A stretch of DNA of 64,000 nucleotides from the NCBI GenBank assembly GCA_028023455.1, contig JAQFVV010000003.1, forward strand, positions 24,614,001 through 24,678,000, in the 5' to 3' direction. Below the pieces are notes generated by a model, which ran no database searches, had not been told where the DNA came from, and worked only from the letters and a program-made list of their open reading frames with translations. This DNA is from Epiperipatus broadwayi. Lineage: Eukaryota; Animalia; Onychophora. The translations under genes were made by a program, and so were the position numbers. This document shows, in pieces, positions 12,101 to 25,920 of this stretch. Each line of letters opens with the position of its first letter. Position 1 is the first letter of the stretch.

Positions 12101-13914
12101 AACTATTCAACTAAATCATAAATAATAATTTCATTACGATAGGTAACAGTTCTATTCAAAAGTTGTGCAAGTTTTTAATTGTGAAAATAATTTTAATTGT
12201 TATTGTTAAATGAATCAAATATTAAATTAGTAGTTTCTAGAAATGCTTCTTTTTATCATTTTTCTGTCTATAAAAGATTTTTTATGTTTCGCTAACAAAT
12301 GACTTACATGATATGATATACCTGTTTCTACCTGAGATTTATTTATGGATTAGCTGGTTAGTTGTGACTTTGCATAATTCACTTCTTTAACAGATAATCT
12401 GTATCAAAATTTATACGTACGTTAAAATGTTTTTCGCTATTACCGTCCTTTGAGAAGAAAGTGTTTTTATTTTATATCAAAATTATACATCTTTTCTTTG
12501 AATTTATTTCAAATATTGACTTCTAAATTTGATAGAGTTAATTTTGTTACTATAAAACACTAAATTGACAGTAATATCTGGCTAATGAGAAACTGGAAAT
12601 TGACAATCATCCTCCTCTGTTTTGGCAACCATTAAAGTGAATAGCATCAAAATACATTTAAAAAGATGCAAAAGTAAATAAGTAAAATTATTTAATTATT
12701 TTTCCATCAAGGTAGCTTGAATTGTCAATTTTGATAACTTGAAAAACTATGAAACTTTGCTTAATCGAAGTTAGTCCAAAATTCCCTGGCAGTCCATTAT
12801 GGACAGTGGTTCTGATATAGTATAGTGGGTTTTTTTTGGCATAATATATTTTGTACTGGAACATTCTTTCTGCTAAAGTCTTTGTATAAACTCAATATTT
12901 TTTGACAAAATATATTATTTTTTTAATACTACTATTGAACAGAATATTCTTTTTATTAAAGTTTTGATAATGAATTTATGCTTCTGATTCCTTTACAGTA
13001 TTTTGTTAATAGTTAAGCCATCTAATTAAAAAAAATCTATATGCTAAATAAATAAATGCTTATGATGCAATAGATTACTGTTTGCTAGAATATACTTTCT
13101 ATTTATATCTTCTACCCATAAAGTTAATATTTTTATTAAATTTTTATCATGTATTGCAGATGTAATTTTAGAAGTTTCAAAAATACAAATAATAGTAGCC
13201 TGGATTTGTATTCTATTATTTATCTAGCCAACTTTAGCATATTCAAAACTGAATTAATTATTTTAATTTTCTTGAATAAATAAAGCACTTAATAACTTCA
13301 TTAAGACTTGAACAAAATTGGAACCATCATTAACTTTGTGCTTTACAACAATTTTAAAGTAGTTGCAGTCCAAATAATGTGTCTTACTGAATACACAAGA
13401 AAAGAAAACAGCTGTTGCTGTACAGTCAAGTATGATACATGAGAAATTAAAATAAATTTTAGTTTATTTGCTTAATATTTTATCAAATCATGAATGATTA
13501 AATCTGAAGATTCCGAGAAGCCTACTATAATATTTAACAAATATCCAACTATTAATAATTTTATAACTAATAAAGTTTATTTCTCTGCTAACGATTTAAG
13601 AAAAATACTTTTATTTTATTTTATAAACTTTTTAAATTATTATTCAATTTTAAAAGAAGATACTTAATTTTTTGCTAATAAACGAATGATATCAATCTCC
13701 TTTGCTTTTTTTTTTGTTGTTGAAATGGTAGGACAAAGAAATAAAATCAGTTACTAACACTAAATCAGAGTTTGCTCCTAATAGGAGAAACTTTTTTTTT
13801 TCATACTGCTAAAGCTAATTATTCATTTCTGAATGATATTACATATTTAAAATGTTTTGAAAAGTTTCTGGTGTATATTATATCAAATATAAAATCTTTC
13901 CCAAAAAATATTTT

Positions 13915-14215
13915 ATGGTGAACTTGAACATTTTTATGGAAGAGATTGGACCCATTTATGTTATAAGGACTATCTCAAAGACATTCTAAAAAGAGCAATA
14001 TTAATTGTTTCATTGGAAAGATATGAATAGAATGCAATGGAGGACTACAAATGTCTATGGTGTTGAGACATTTCAGAAAGTTTTGTTGCAGAAAAAGTTA
14101 AAAGACTTACAAAATATCAGAATAATGGACCAGTGTATTCTATATGTGGACATACATGGTTCACGGATTGATTTCATAAAATCATTGTAAAACTCATTTC
14201 TAGTATACTATTATT
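13915..14215 (+). mobile_element. Second fragment of the same RTE family, opposite orientation
   Basis: ttatgttataaggactatctcaaagacattctaaaa (CYKDYLKDILK) and atatgtggac...ttcac.gatt...aaaactca match the reverse complement of about 7500-7770. Confidence 0.6.
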
Positions 14216-15880
14216 ATTTTATCTTTTTAGCTTTTTTCTTCTTCTTGAAGTTAGGATGATTATATTTGTGTGTTGTGAATAGCTGATACTGCTGAAAATA
14301 TTAAATAAATGTAAATATAATAATTATCGATTTTATAGTTGCAATATTTATTATATCAAAAAGATGTAGCATAATGGAAAGTATTTGTTTTTGTTTAAAT
14401 TCAACATAATTTACTATTTATATATATATGTCAGATATTATTTATATAATTACAGATTTGAATATGTTAAGAGTTAGGTAAATGAAGTTGATTGTAAGTT
14501 ATCTTTATTGGAGCATAGATACAGATGCATTTCAATATGGGTACACATAATTTTACATGTGATTATTTTCATTGATTAGTGATTTAGCTTGTATGTGTAC
14601 CATATCCATAACCTGAGATTTGAATACATGCTGGGTAAAAATAAAACAATTGAGATTTCTTAAGATTTTTCTTTCAAATAGTTAGTTCATAACAATCTAG
14701 ATAGCCACCAAATTGTAGATCACAAATGGATATTTATTTTAAAAAAATCTATAAAATCTTTAGCATTCAACTATGGTGTGGTAATGCATTTTCCATTACT
14801 GTTTCTCTTTAAATGATTGTTAAACAGCCCTTTTCCTTGCAGTAAACTATTTAATAAATCTTTTATCTTTGCATCAGATACTTGTCTGTATGTAAATATA
14901 AACATAATAGTTTATATAGATAAATTTACCAACAGATAATACTAACTCTTATGAAAACAAAAAACCCAAAAAATAAGCATTAAAACCCCTCTGCTTCATT
15001 TTGGAACTTTCATAGCTATTGGTTCATTTTTCTTACGAAGTGCATGAACAATGTCTAGTAAATTTTATTTTCAGGAATTCAAATCAACTCATGATAATAT
15101 TTTAATTCTTTGCTGAATCCTCATGAAGTAGATCTGTCTCAAAGTTGAAAAAGATTTTAATGCTTGGATTGGTCTTTGATTTTTATTCAGACATCATTGA
15201 TTGAGCTTAGTATTATTATTTATCCTAGATATTGTATTAATATTGTTATCATCATCTTCATTTTCAGCCATTATCAATTCACTGTAGAATGAAGGCCTCT
15301 CCAAGTTCAATTTATTTTCTCTGATCTTGTTATATAAGCTATTATTTAGAAAAATGTAAAAAAATAAAATTACACAGTTTAACTATATGATAAAAAGGCA
15401 CAGAGATTGGAGTAACAGAATCATATGGGGGGAAAAATTAAAAGTTTATGTGTGTGCCTACAATGAAGATTTTAGTCCAGTATTGATATGATAATAACAC
15501 ATTTTAATAGAATTTAAAGATGAAATGAAAGATAATGAACCATATTGATTAAATGAACATAGTGATACAAGGAAGATTATGGGTCAGAAGTTTATTGTTG
15601 CAATTAATCATGTGATAAGTGAATAGTTATTGATTATTCAAAAAATTTGGATTAATAAAATAGTTGTAAATCTTAACAATAATAAAAAAAATAATTTTAA
15701 ATAAAAAATTAAAAGTCTTGTTTTTTTTTTTAAAAAAATTGTTTATATAATAGAAATTTGTCTTATGATTTGAAGTTTGAGTATTAACAATTTGAATGTT
15801 GTTATTGATAAATAATTTATGTAATGCTTTAAACTTTTTAAAAGTGTTAGCATTAAATATCCTCTTATTCTTATTAATAG

Positions 15881-16223
15881 GCAGCTACATTTAAATCAAT
15901 TGATTCGGACCGGTGGAGTGGTTACCAGTGCAACTGGCATTCTCCCTCAGTTAAGCATTATTAAATATGATTGTAATAAATGCAGTTTTATTTTGGGACC
16001 TTTTTATCAATCACAGAATCAAGAAGTTAAACCAGGTTCTTGCCCAGAGTGTCAATCAACTGGACCTTTTGAAATTAATATGGAACAAACAATTTATCAA
16101 AATTATCAGCGAATTACAATTCAGGAAAGTCCTGGAAAAGTAGCAGCTGGAAGGTTACCTCGGTCTAAGGATGCAATTTTGTTAGCAGATCTAGTTGATA
16201 GTTGCAAACCTGGTGATGAAATA
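15881..16223 (+). CDS. MCM2: MCM2 exon: OB fold and C4 zinc finger ([15 protein letters not shown]...CNKC...CPEC...DSCKPGDEI)
   Basis: Acceptor aatag at 15876-15880 and donor gtaagt at 16224. It overlaps the provided ORF 15900..16238. Confidence 0.97.
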
Positions 16224-19200
16224 GTAAGTATTTTGTAAAAAATAACTTAAATACATGTAAATATATATGACATATTTATTACCACATAATAGTGCTTATT
16301 GTTTTTACCTTCCAATATTATCACAATATTTAATTTTAATCTCATTATATTATACATAATTTTAGAATAGCAACTTTTCAAGATTTTATAGTTTAGCTAG
16401 GAACAAAAACAGTTAAAAAAGCTAGTACTAATCATATTGGAAAACAGATGATAGTATTAAAATAGGTTAGTAATATTTTGTTTAGGATGGCTAAAGAATA
16501 GCAAAAAAAGAAAGAAAAAAGATTAATTAGTAATGTTGTAGAATGAAAAAGGGATATATATATATATATGCTCATGATAATTATAGTAACATTTTCTCAC
16601 AGATAGCTTGCTTTATAAAGTTCTTCTCTATCACATAATACACACACCATTTTCTATATCCAGTAGTCTTTGTAATTTTATATTATACCAGTTAATGGCC
16701 TGAAAATTCTTAAAACATCAAGTTTTGAATTCACTTTAATTATTTATCTAACTGTCTAAAATTTGAGTTATTATCTTGATTAGTAAAATAATATAATTTC
16801 CCAAATGAATGAGCTTTTTTCTAATAACTTGAAGGGAGGTTACATAGAGCAAAACTAATTGTAGGCATCCCCAAGTAATGGTCTCATTGCATATTCCTCT
16901 GTATAATGGAGCTGCGATATTCTCTATTTTGTTCCAAGTCATCCTTGCATACATTGCATATTGCGGATAATAAATAAACCCTGTTTTGTTGAGTTAACTT
17001 TGATTAAAATATGGTATTGAAAGGGTGCTATACTTTTCAATACATATATGGTTAAGCACTTTTTATATGTATAGTGTGTATATATAAATTAAGATTATAT
17101 TATAAACAAAATTAAGAAAGAAAAAAAAATTATTATTAATAAATTGAGAGCACATTTACTTATATATTTACTGTGAATGTATTCACGCATTTACATACTC
17201 AAGAATAATAAAAAACTTAATATATAATAGGCAGCTGAGTGTGAAATAATTTCTGTTTACAAAAAACTTAATTTAATATATTTTTATTTTTTAAAAAAAC
17301 AATTATGACCAGTGAAGTTGCAGACTTTTTTGATCTTGTTAAGCCATTGATGTATCAGAAGAATCCAGTTTTATGACATTTAAATACGTTCTGGATGATA
17401 TTCTATTTTTTTGATAATTTTTTTTTCCTCTTTGGAAGTGTAATAGCAGTCTGTTATTGGCAGACATGTCCGCTCCAATTGTTTTGATGTTTTTAAGTTC
17501 ATATGACTTTGGAATCTGTATGATCACATTTATTTGCAGCTATTCATTTTATATACTTATTAAGTAAACTCTAAATACAATCTTTAAGCTTTCTGAAAAC
17601 ATTTACAGATTATTTTTCTTCTAGTAAATTGTCAACTTTTGTTTTATTGTTTAAGAAAGATAGTTTTCAATTTTTTTTTAATTTAGTAACTTTACATTTG
17701 AAAAACATTTTATTACATGAAATATTGTGCTATATAAAACTTATTAGAAAAAAATAAAATAAATGTGTATGCTTTCAATGTAACCCAAAAAAACATTATT
17801 AATAAATATGATCACATTTGTCTGTTTTGTAACATTTAAAAATTTGAATTAAGTGCGGGTGCTTTGAGAATACTGTATAATTCAAATGGTTATATGGATA
17901 CAGCTCATATCGAATCTTCACTATATTTACATATAAAATTGTTGCGCATTATGTAAAAGTAAGCTAATAATCATGTGATAACAATTTATTAGATATTCTA
18001 TTTTTTGAAAATTAAGCTATGCTTTGGTTAATCTTAATTTTAGATTTTTCTGCTCAAGAACAATGATTTTTCTTTTTTTTTAAAAAAAAACCAAAATAAA
18101 TACTTTCTACCACAGTCATCATTGTGTTACTCAATTTACATTCAAAATCCACCATAATATATATGGATTAATACTCCTCATTATTTGTAAATTTTTATAT
18201 ATATATATGTCATGAATATTCTTCAATCTTATCTATTAATTTCAACTATCTCAAACACATTCACATATTTATCTATTGAGACTAATTGTTCACATGTTTC
18301 ACAACATTGTGTGTGTGCATATATATTCATAGCTTAAAAGAAAAAATAGAAATGAACAAATAAAATTTACATATATAATTATTTAAAATAAATCTGGAAT
18401 GATTTACTGATTAGTTACACAATAATATTTTTTTGATATTTTTGAAATACTACTAATTGTATAATTACATTCAAAAAGATCTATATTTGAAGCAGATATT
18501 TTATTTGACTTCCGATTTTAACAAAAATCAATTTTTAATGTAACAAAGAAAGATTATTTTTGTCTAAAACAAAGATGATTTAATAATGCACATTAATTAT
18601 ATGTAATGCTAATATGTTCTTATTTGAGTTGAGGGTCGTGTGAAAGTCTGAGTTCAAACCCCATATATATTACATATTGGAGTGCAGATATGAGAAAGCC
18701 TGTACTGTAGAAAAAATTTATATATTAAAGGATTTAAGAAAGAATTTTTTAATTATATTATTTTTGGTCTTGATGAATGTAATTAAAAAAAACAACAACA
18801 ACAACAACAAAAAAAAAAAACAGAACAATTGTGATTTAGTTATAATCTTATTTATTAATTAAGGAGGAAAAGACAATTCTCTGCTTATAAATTTCATTGT
18901 TTCTGTTATAAATATTGGTTCATTTTAAACTGGGGGGATTATTATAGAAAGTTAGCTTCAAAAATAGGGCAGTTGCTATTAAAATTCATATTAGTGAAGG
19001 TTGAATTCCCACCAAAATATAGATACTTCTTTGTGATATCTCATATTAAAATATGTATGCAGTAGACAATATACTTGACACAGCTGAAGTTAAGAGATTA
19101 CAGAAGCTGAACTGCATTGAACCCCCAGCGATATTTAATTTAATATCTGTTAATCAGTTTATATGAGAAGCCATTCTCTTGATAGATTCTAATGATATAT

Positions 19201-20364
19201 ATTGAGTTATGATAGACATGTATAGAAGTACACTTGGAAGAAACTTGTTGCATGCATATGAATAGAAGTACAAAAAACGCTGATTATATAGCCTCATGCT
19301 GCTGACGATATTTTTTTCTAAACATATGAAGCAAAAGTGGAAATTGATTATTAGTAAAGTATATTAATATTGAATTTTTACTTCAAATAATATATCTTTA
19401 TTGTCTACAAGAAAGACTATTTAACTTTTATTGTTCTGATTTGTTTTAAAAGTAAACAACTTTTGAATAAATTAGTCATCTAATGAAAAAAAAGTTTTTT
19501 GCAAAAAAAATAAAAGTGATTGACCAATGAAAGTTGGGATAAAGTTAAAAGCCAGCAGGGAATATAAACTCTAAATATATATGCTTGGAATTTTATGTCA
19601 TTCATAAAAAAATTTGTTTTAGAATTAGAAAACTATAATGAAATTGCCAAATTTGAAATTGAGTTTTAATATATTTGTATTTTGTATAATTAGATTGTGA
19701 AAATCATTTAGTCTTTTAAATAAATCTTGTGTTAAATATTTGCAGAGGTCCTTACTGTCGTTTTTTCAGGCGCATAGTCTTAAGGTTATAGCCATAATAC
19801 ATTGTGAATATTCAGATTAATCATCAAAGTATATTAAAAAAAAGGAAATAAAGAAGTTTGTTGATCTTGTTTGGTTTTTCTTTTACTTGATAAATGAATA
19901 ATGGGAGATCTTGAAAATATAAGTTTAAATTGATAACCATGGCAACCTAAAGCTTTTTAAATAGTATTGTTTACTGCTAATTCTAGCTTCAAAATACTAA
20001 ATTCGTTATAATCAAACTCAAGAAAAACATATAGGCAAATAAATAAATTTTGGGAATAATTTAGTATGATATAAAAGTTTACTTGAATAGGATCAGTATT
20101 ATTATTTTTACATATTTTATTTCTGTTACTGCAGTCACCATAGTAACATTATTATATATAATTCAATGTTTTTATGTCATGTATATTTGTTTATAAATTA
20201 ATTAAAAAAATTATTATTATTAAAAAAAATATATGTAAATTATTTATATTTATAAAGTGAATCAAGATTGTAATATCAATTCTGTATTTTGGTTTAAAAA
20301 TAATAGGAAACATCATATCAAACTTAGATTTCATTTCCATGTATCCATTTTTCTCCAAACTTAC

Positions 20365-20526
20365 ATCGCACTTGCAAAACAAAGCGGGAAAACTGTTGTG
20401 AAATATCATTCTCCATTGAGCTTTATTTGAATAAATTTCAATAGTTGTTATGACATCCATAACGTCAGAAAGAGATAATATAAATAGCCAGAAAAGACTA
20501 AGAGAACTTTTATCATTTTTTGCCAT
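20365..20526 (-). CDS. Putative first coding exon of an antisense nested gene (unknown secreted or membrane protein)
   Basis: ATG in a cagcaATGG context, 54 codons with a hydrophobic N-terminal stretch, followed by a consensus GTAAGT donor (phase 0). Downstream exons were not found. Confidence 0.35.
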
Positions 20527-22277
20527 TGCTGAAGACCGACGCGTTTCTCAGTTCTTAAAAAAAAAAAAAAATTCTTTAAAACTTTATTTTAAATTCGTGA
20601 AGCTATAAAATATGGAAGAATAAAGAATTAGCATTCTGCCCATTCAGTTTGAAGAGTGGCTTGTTGAAGAAAGTTCCAAAGAAGACAACAAACAAGAATG
20701 TGAAAGAAGAGAGACCTATAAAAAAAAAAATGCGTTGTATGAAATCGGCTATTTATTTATTTTTTTTAAAAGGAAAGAGATCCCAGGTTTTGAAAGAAAA
20801 GAAAAATACGGATGTAACTATTCGATGGATACCATGTTTCAAGCCAGGAAAATCAACTGAATTAATGCATATTAACAAGCAATTTAAACTCCAATCCTCT
20901 AATTCAGAGAGAAAAAGGAAAAGGGGCTGTTATTAAAATTCTTCACTTAATTTAATGGTTTTATTCTCTCTGAACATTATCTTTACTTAAGGAAGTAAAT
21001 TCACCTCCACACCTTAGGATGGAAATAAAGAAGCTACGATTAATCAATGGATAATGAAAATGGACAGACTTTTATTTAGGGTATGATTTTTTTTTTTATA
21101 AATGTGTGCATATTATTTTTTTTATATTTTAAAAGGATGATTTGTATTTTATTTAAATCATATTTAGGTGTAATAGAATTTAGGCAATAAAATGCTCAGA
21201 GAAATTTCTTTACTAATTATTTGAACTCTTGTCTGAGTATATATATATATTAATACAACCCAATGTTTTTTTTTTTTTTAAATATCCAATTTGATTTTTG
21301 TATGTATAAAATTTAGTTTAAAACATCGAACAGACAAGAGATTTAAATATATCGTTTTATTTAATATTTATTTATCGATTATTATTTTAATGAACAAATA
21401 AAGTTCAATCTCATTCAATTGCATATATTTGGTAACTGTATTTAAAATTTTTTATTAAAGTATTCAAATCTCTCCATTCATTCATTTTTTTTTTATATAC
21501 GTGTCATTATTGTTTTCGCAACATAATTTAGAGTTATCCACAGAAATTTTATCATTTTTTAATTCAATCAATCAGAAATATAGATTAATTTCCTATTGTA
21601 TTTTATTATTAATTTTACCAATTTTTTTATATAATTCAATAAATTGAGTTGATTTAAATGCCACGACTCTGTTAATTATTTTATTTGGATTGCGTAAGAT
21701 GATTTTGCAATTTAAAATTCGGTTCAAGATTCAAATTGGTAAGTGAACTAGAATATAAAATATATGTTTTGTATATTATAAATTTTTTTATCTTATTTAC
21801 ATATAAACTTTATATTTATTTCTCCATTCGAGTATCTGCTTACATATATTTTAGTTAATATTACAGGTAAATGTTATTAGCTTAGAGTCGATCATTTCTT
21901 TGCTTGTCTAACCCCGTCATAAAAATCTAAATAGATCGTATTTTATCATTGGTTCAGAATAACTTTCCTTAGATTGTTTTTTAAACTTCTATAAAATGAA
22001 GAGTACAAATTTCATTGACTGGTTTAATTGAATATTATCTTTGAATTGGAATAAATGTCAATTATAATTATATAGTTTAATTATTACCAAAACCAATTTC
22101 ATATTCGATTATTTGAAGGTTCAAAGAAATAATATTAATAATTATAGTTTAATAAACATCCAATGGAAACTTAATATATCTTTCATAGAATGTGATTGGG
22201 TATTGTAGAGTTAGAAATTAGCTAATAGATTTGTTGGTAATAAATTCTCGTGGAGTATTCTATTTTAAAATATAAAC

Positions 22278-22640
22278 GAAGAAATAATTATGTGTCACTT
22301 TATTGGAAGATATGAATAAATTATTTATACATTACATTATAGCATCTTATTAAACTAGACTTAGATTAATTTGTTTAAACATTTAAAGGAGTGCATAAGT
22401 TTTCAAAGTGTTTTCCGAAAGAATATAAAACTAGTTGATTTCAATAGAATATTGTTTATTAAATATTAAAGAAGAAATAATTATGTATCGCTTTATTGAA
22501 AGATATGAATGAAATGTTTGTGCTTTGTATTTAGCATTTTATTAAACTAGATATACATTTGAGTCAAATATTATTTTGTTTCAACAGTTAAAATAGCGTC
22601 TATATTTAAAAATGTTTTGTAAAATGCAATTATAGTTATT
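22278..22640. repeat. Diverged tandem duplication, period about 193 bp
   Basis: gaagaaataattatgt...ctttatt(g)gaagatatgaat...ttattaaactaga occurs at 22278 and again at 22471. Confidence 0.7.
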
Positions 22641-23344
22641 TAGAAGCTCATCTATTTAGATAAAATGCAGTATCATTAAATATTAAATAGGTTTAAATTA
22701 CTACAATAACAGTAGATTAATAAAGTATATTGGAATCTGCTTTAGTTATTGATTTGATTTGATTTTCATTAAATTGCTAATCAAATAGTTAGCTTAATCC
22801 TATATTAGTGTTTAGGGCAATGATATACGATTTTACTGCTTATTGCATTTTATTTTGTAGTTGTGATAGATTTGTTGATGTCTGGGGCAGATAATCTCAT
22901 CATTCAACAAATTTACATATAGCTTCAACAAATTAAGTTTTAGTAGAGATTATTAGTGCTTTATGATGGTTTATTACCTAATGGTGACCCAATTGAGCTA
23001 GATTAGATTAGTTTAAATTAGTTTTTTTTTTAGATTTTTGATCAGATCAGATTGATCATTCTCCCCATCATCAGCATTGACGGATTTAAGCAGTTACAAT
23101 AAATTACTTTAAAGATTAATGAAAATTGAGAATTAATGATTGAAATATTTTTATATATATGTACATATTATATCTAATAACATTTATTAATTTAAGCCAA
23201 TAAACATCACATGACCATCTCCTCTTATTAATTTATATGATTAAAATAGAATATTAGTCTATAGATGTAAAGAGTTAAATATTAAGAATTGAAATATTTT
23301 TATACTATAACAAACACAGTCTGTGTGAATAGTTAGTTATACAC

Positions 23345-23560
23345 TTATAACATTAAATAGAAATTCATATAACATTACAATCCTGGCCAAAAATAAAAAT
23401 TTTACTAAAATTCATCCACAACTACGGTTTTATCTATTAACAAATAGATGAAACCATGGTTGGGGAAGAATTTTGGTAAAAAATTTTTTTTTCTTTCTAG
23501 TATTGCAATGTTACATGAATTTCTATTTTATTTATAATTACTAGTATAGTGTTAGGCAGT
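23345..23560. repeat. Foldback hairpin (MITE-like) with a 3-4 nt loop
   Basis: Arms atagaaattcatataacattacaat...ggttttatctatt / aatagatgaaacc...attgcaatgttacatgaatttctat. The right arm is homologous to about 45870-45975. Confidence 0.7.
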
Positions 23561-25920
23561 ATTTAATACTTATAACATTGAATATCTAAAATTATTCACT
23601 ACTTACATATTAAAATAGAATAATATTTATTGGATTATTAATGATGAGAATATTTAGTATTGTTAGATATGCATGTATATGGGCTTATCTGTATTCATTT
23701 ACAATTTATATATTTAACAAATTATTTATTAATATAGTGCTATGTTTTTAATTTAAGAATAATTTGGGATCACTCCACTACACATGCGCTGGATAGATTT
23801 AAATAGTTAATGAATAATCTTCTTTCCAAACACAAGATGAAGTCTTTTGAAAAGATAGAATGAATCCACTCATATCTTTTTAACCTAAACATATGTATAT
23901 GCTAATCTAAGCATTTGTAAATGAGAGCATGAAGATATTAACTAATCACTTTCAATTGCTTTTACTATGTTTTAATGAATGATACTTGCAAAATTTTTAC
24001 AATTTACGATAAGTCATGTTAAACATATGAAATGTTAAACATATGTAATAGATTATTTATTTATATAGTCATATGTTTTTAATCTTGTAAACCACAATCT
24101 AAATAATATTGCATATATAGTTTTGTTTATCAAAATAATCTATAATGCATTTATCATACCTTTAATTTTTTTATTATTATTACTAATTAATTTATAATTT
24201 ATCAATCATTATTTTAAATTATTTCAATGAAATTATTTAATAATAGAATAAAGTATTGTGTGTATTTTCTCTTGTTTACAATCACCACGACTTTGCATTC
24301 CCAAAGCTAGCTCCAGACTAACAACATATGGAATGTGTGTGTTTATAGATATCTATATAATTAACTTTAGTATTATTCAGATGGTACTAAGGTCATGAAT
24401 GTTACCATTAAAGCCCATACACTTTTATATGGTTTATGATGATAGTTTTTTAATGATCAGTACACTCATGGTATCTGATGAGTATTGATGATAATCAATA
24501 TTGATATAATGATTAAGCACTTTTTAATGTTTAATTTTATAGTTATTTTAACACTTATGCTTGTGCATGAAGCAAGAAATATTGATGGGTTACTCTTTCC
24601 TATTATTAAGCTCAAATTTGGCTTCTGCTGATTTTTTGATTCTTATTGTTGAGTATTATTTTCCTACTGTCATATAAATCCTTTTATTCCATATTGTTAT
24701 ATTATACTAGATTTAATATGATGAGATCATCGAATGGATAATCACTCAACAAATCAATATTAAATCTACTTTTAATTTTCATTAAATTTTCTGATAGAGA
24801 CTACATCAATTATCCCAGAATAATATATATAATAAAATTAACATAAATATTTTTTATTGTGATGATGATCATCATCCACCCCACCACCACCACACTGAAT
24901 AAGATAAAACCAGCCCAATTTATTGTGGGTAACTAAACACCAGGAACCAAGTTGCTCTTATATCTAATATAATGAAATGACAGTATTAATGTAAAACTAG
25001 AACAGTATACATATATGTATAACAAAGCTAAAATGGATCCTACATTATTATCAATATTTTTAGAACATGAAAAAATATTTGTTTATGTTTTCAACCCTAA
25101 AAAAATACAAAATGATTTGCTCTAAACATGATGACGAAAATTTAAAATATTTCATGAATAATATAACCCCAGTAATGAACAGAATACCTATTTTGGAACA
25201 TTAGCATAAATATAATTTGCTATTTTTAGTTTTATTTTGAATATAACTTGTTTTTTGTTTTAAGCAGAATTTGTCTTCTCTTTATCACATTATATATAAA
25301 TACATTTGATAATTTATTGCAATATTAATAAGTGAATTATTAAAAAAAAAATCAATGTTTTATCAAATAAAAAAAAATTACAATATTAATAAATAGTTAA
25401 GGCTTTACTTCATTAGCATTTGAAATCAATTAATATATTAAAAATATTATAGTTATGCATTGCAATATTCCAAATTTTTTTAAAATGAATTAACCATTAG
25501 TTCGAGAAATACAAATAATATTATATATTATTCATCTTATTTGATTAACTAGAATGTTAATGATGTTATATAATGATTTATATCTAATTACATAATCAAA
25601 ACATTACATATATATATATTGGTAAATACATTTTAAATTATAATAGCCCAAATTTTATCTTATTATCATGTTATCTCTTACTTCTAGACAAATTTTATCT
25701 GATGAAGGCTAATAACCAGAAATTAGCCTGGAAATCTGGTTTTTATTTGTGGACACATAAAGAAATAAGTTTTTTCAAGATAGGAACAACTAGAAAAATG
25801 AAATAAATATCTTATTCAACTTTTGTTGAGATTTTTTTTTGTCATATAACTACATTTAAAAAAATTCAGATTTTGGAGATCACAAACTTAAAATTGAGAG
25901 AAAAAAACATGTAAATGACA

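Noticed and set aside
18631-18662. gttcaaacccc, a B-box-like tRNA/SINE fragment
   Set aside because: There is no A box or cloverleaf, and the match is too short.
20526-20556. GAAACGCGTC (minus strand), a hammerhead helix III/GUC-like motif
   Set aside because: The upstream CUGANGA core and helix II are absent.
20649-20936. Lys-rich plus-strand ORF of 95 aa
   Set aside because: It has a TTG start and low complexity with no recognisable motif, and is explained by a purine-rich tract.
25694-25750. CTGATGA-AGGCTAAT...ATTAGCCT-GGAAA hammerhead-like motif
   Set aside because: There is an extra G before GAAA, helices I and III do not form convincingly, and there is no adjacent PLE ORF.
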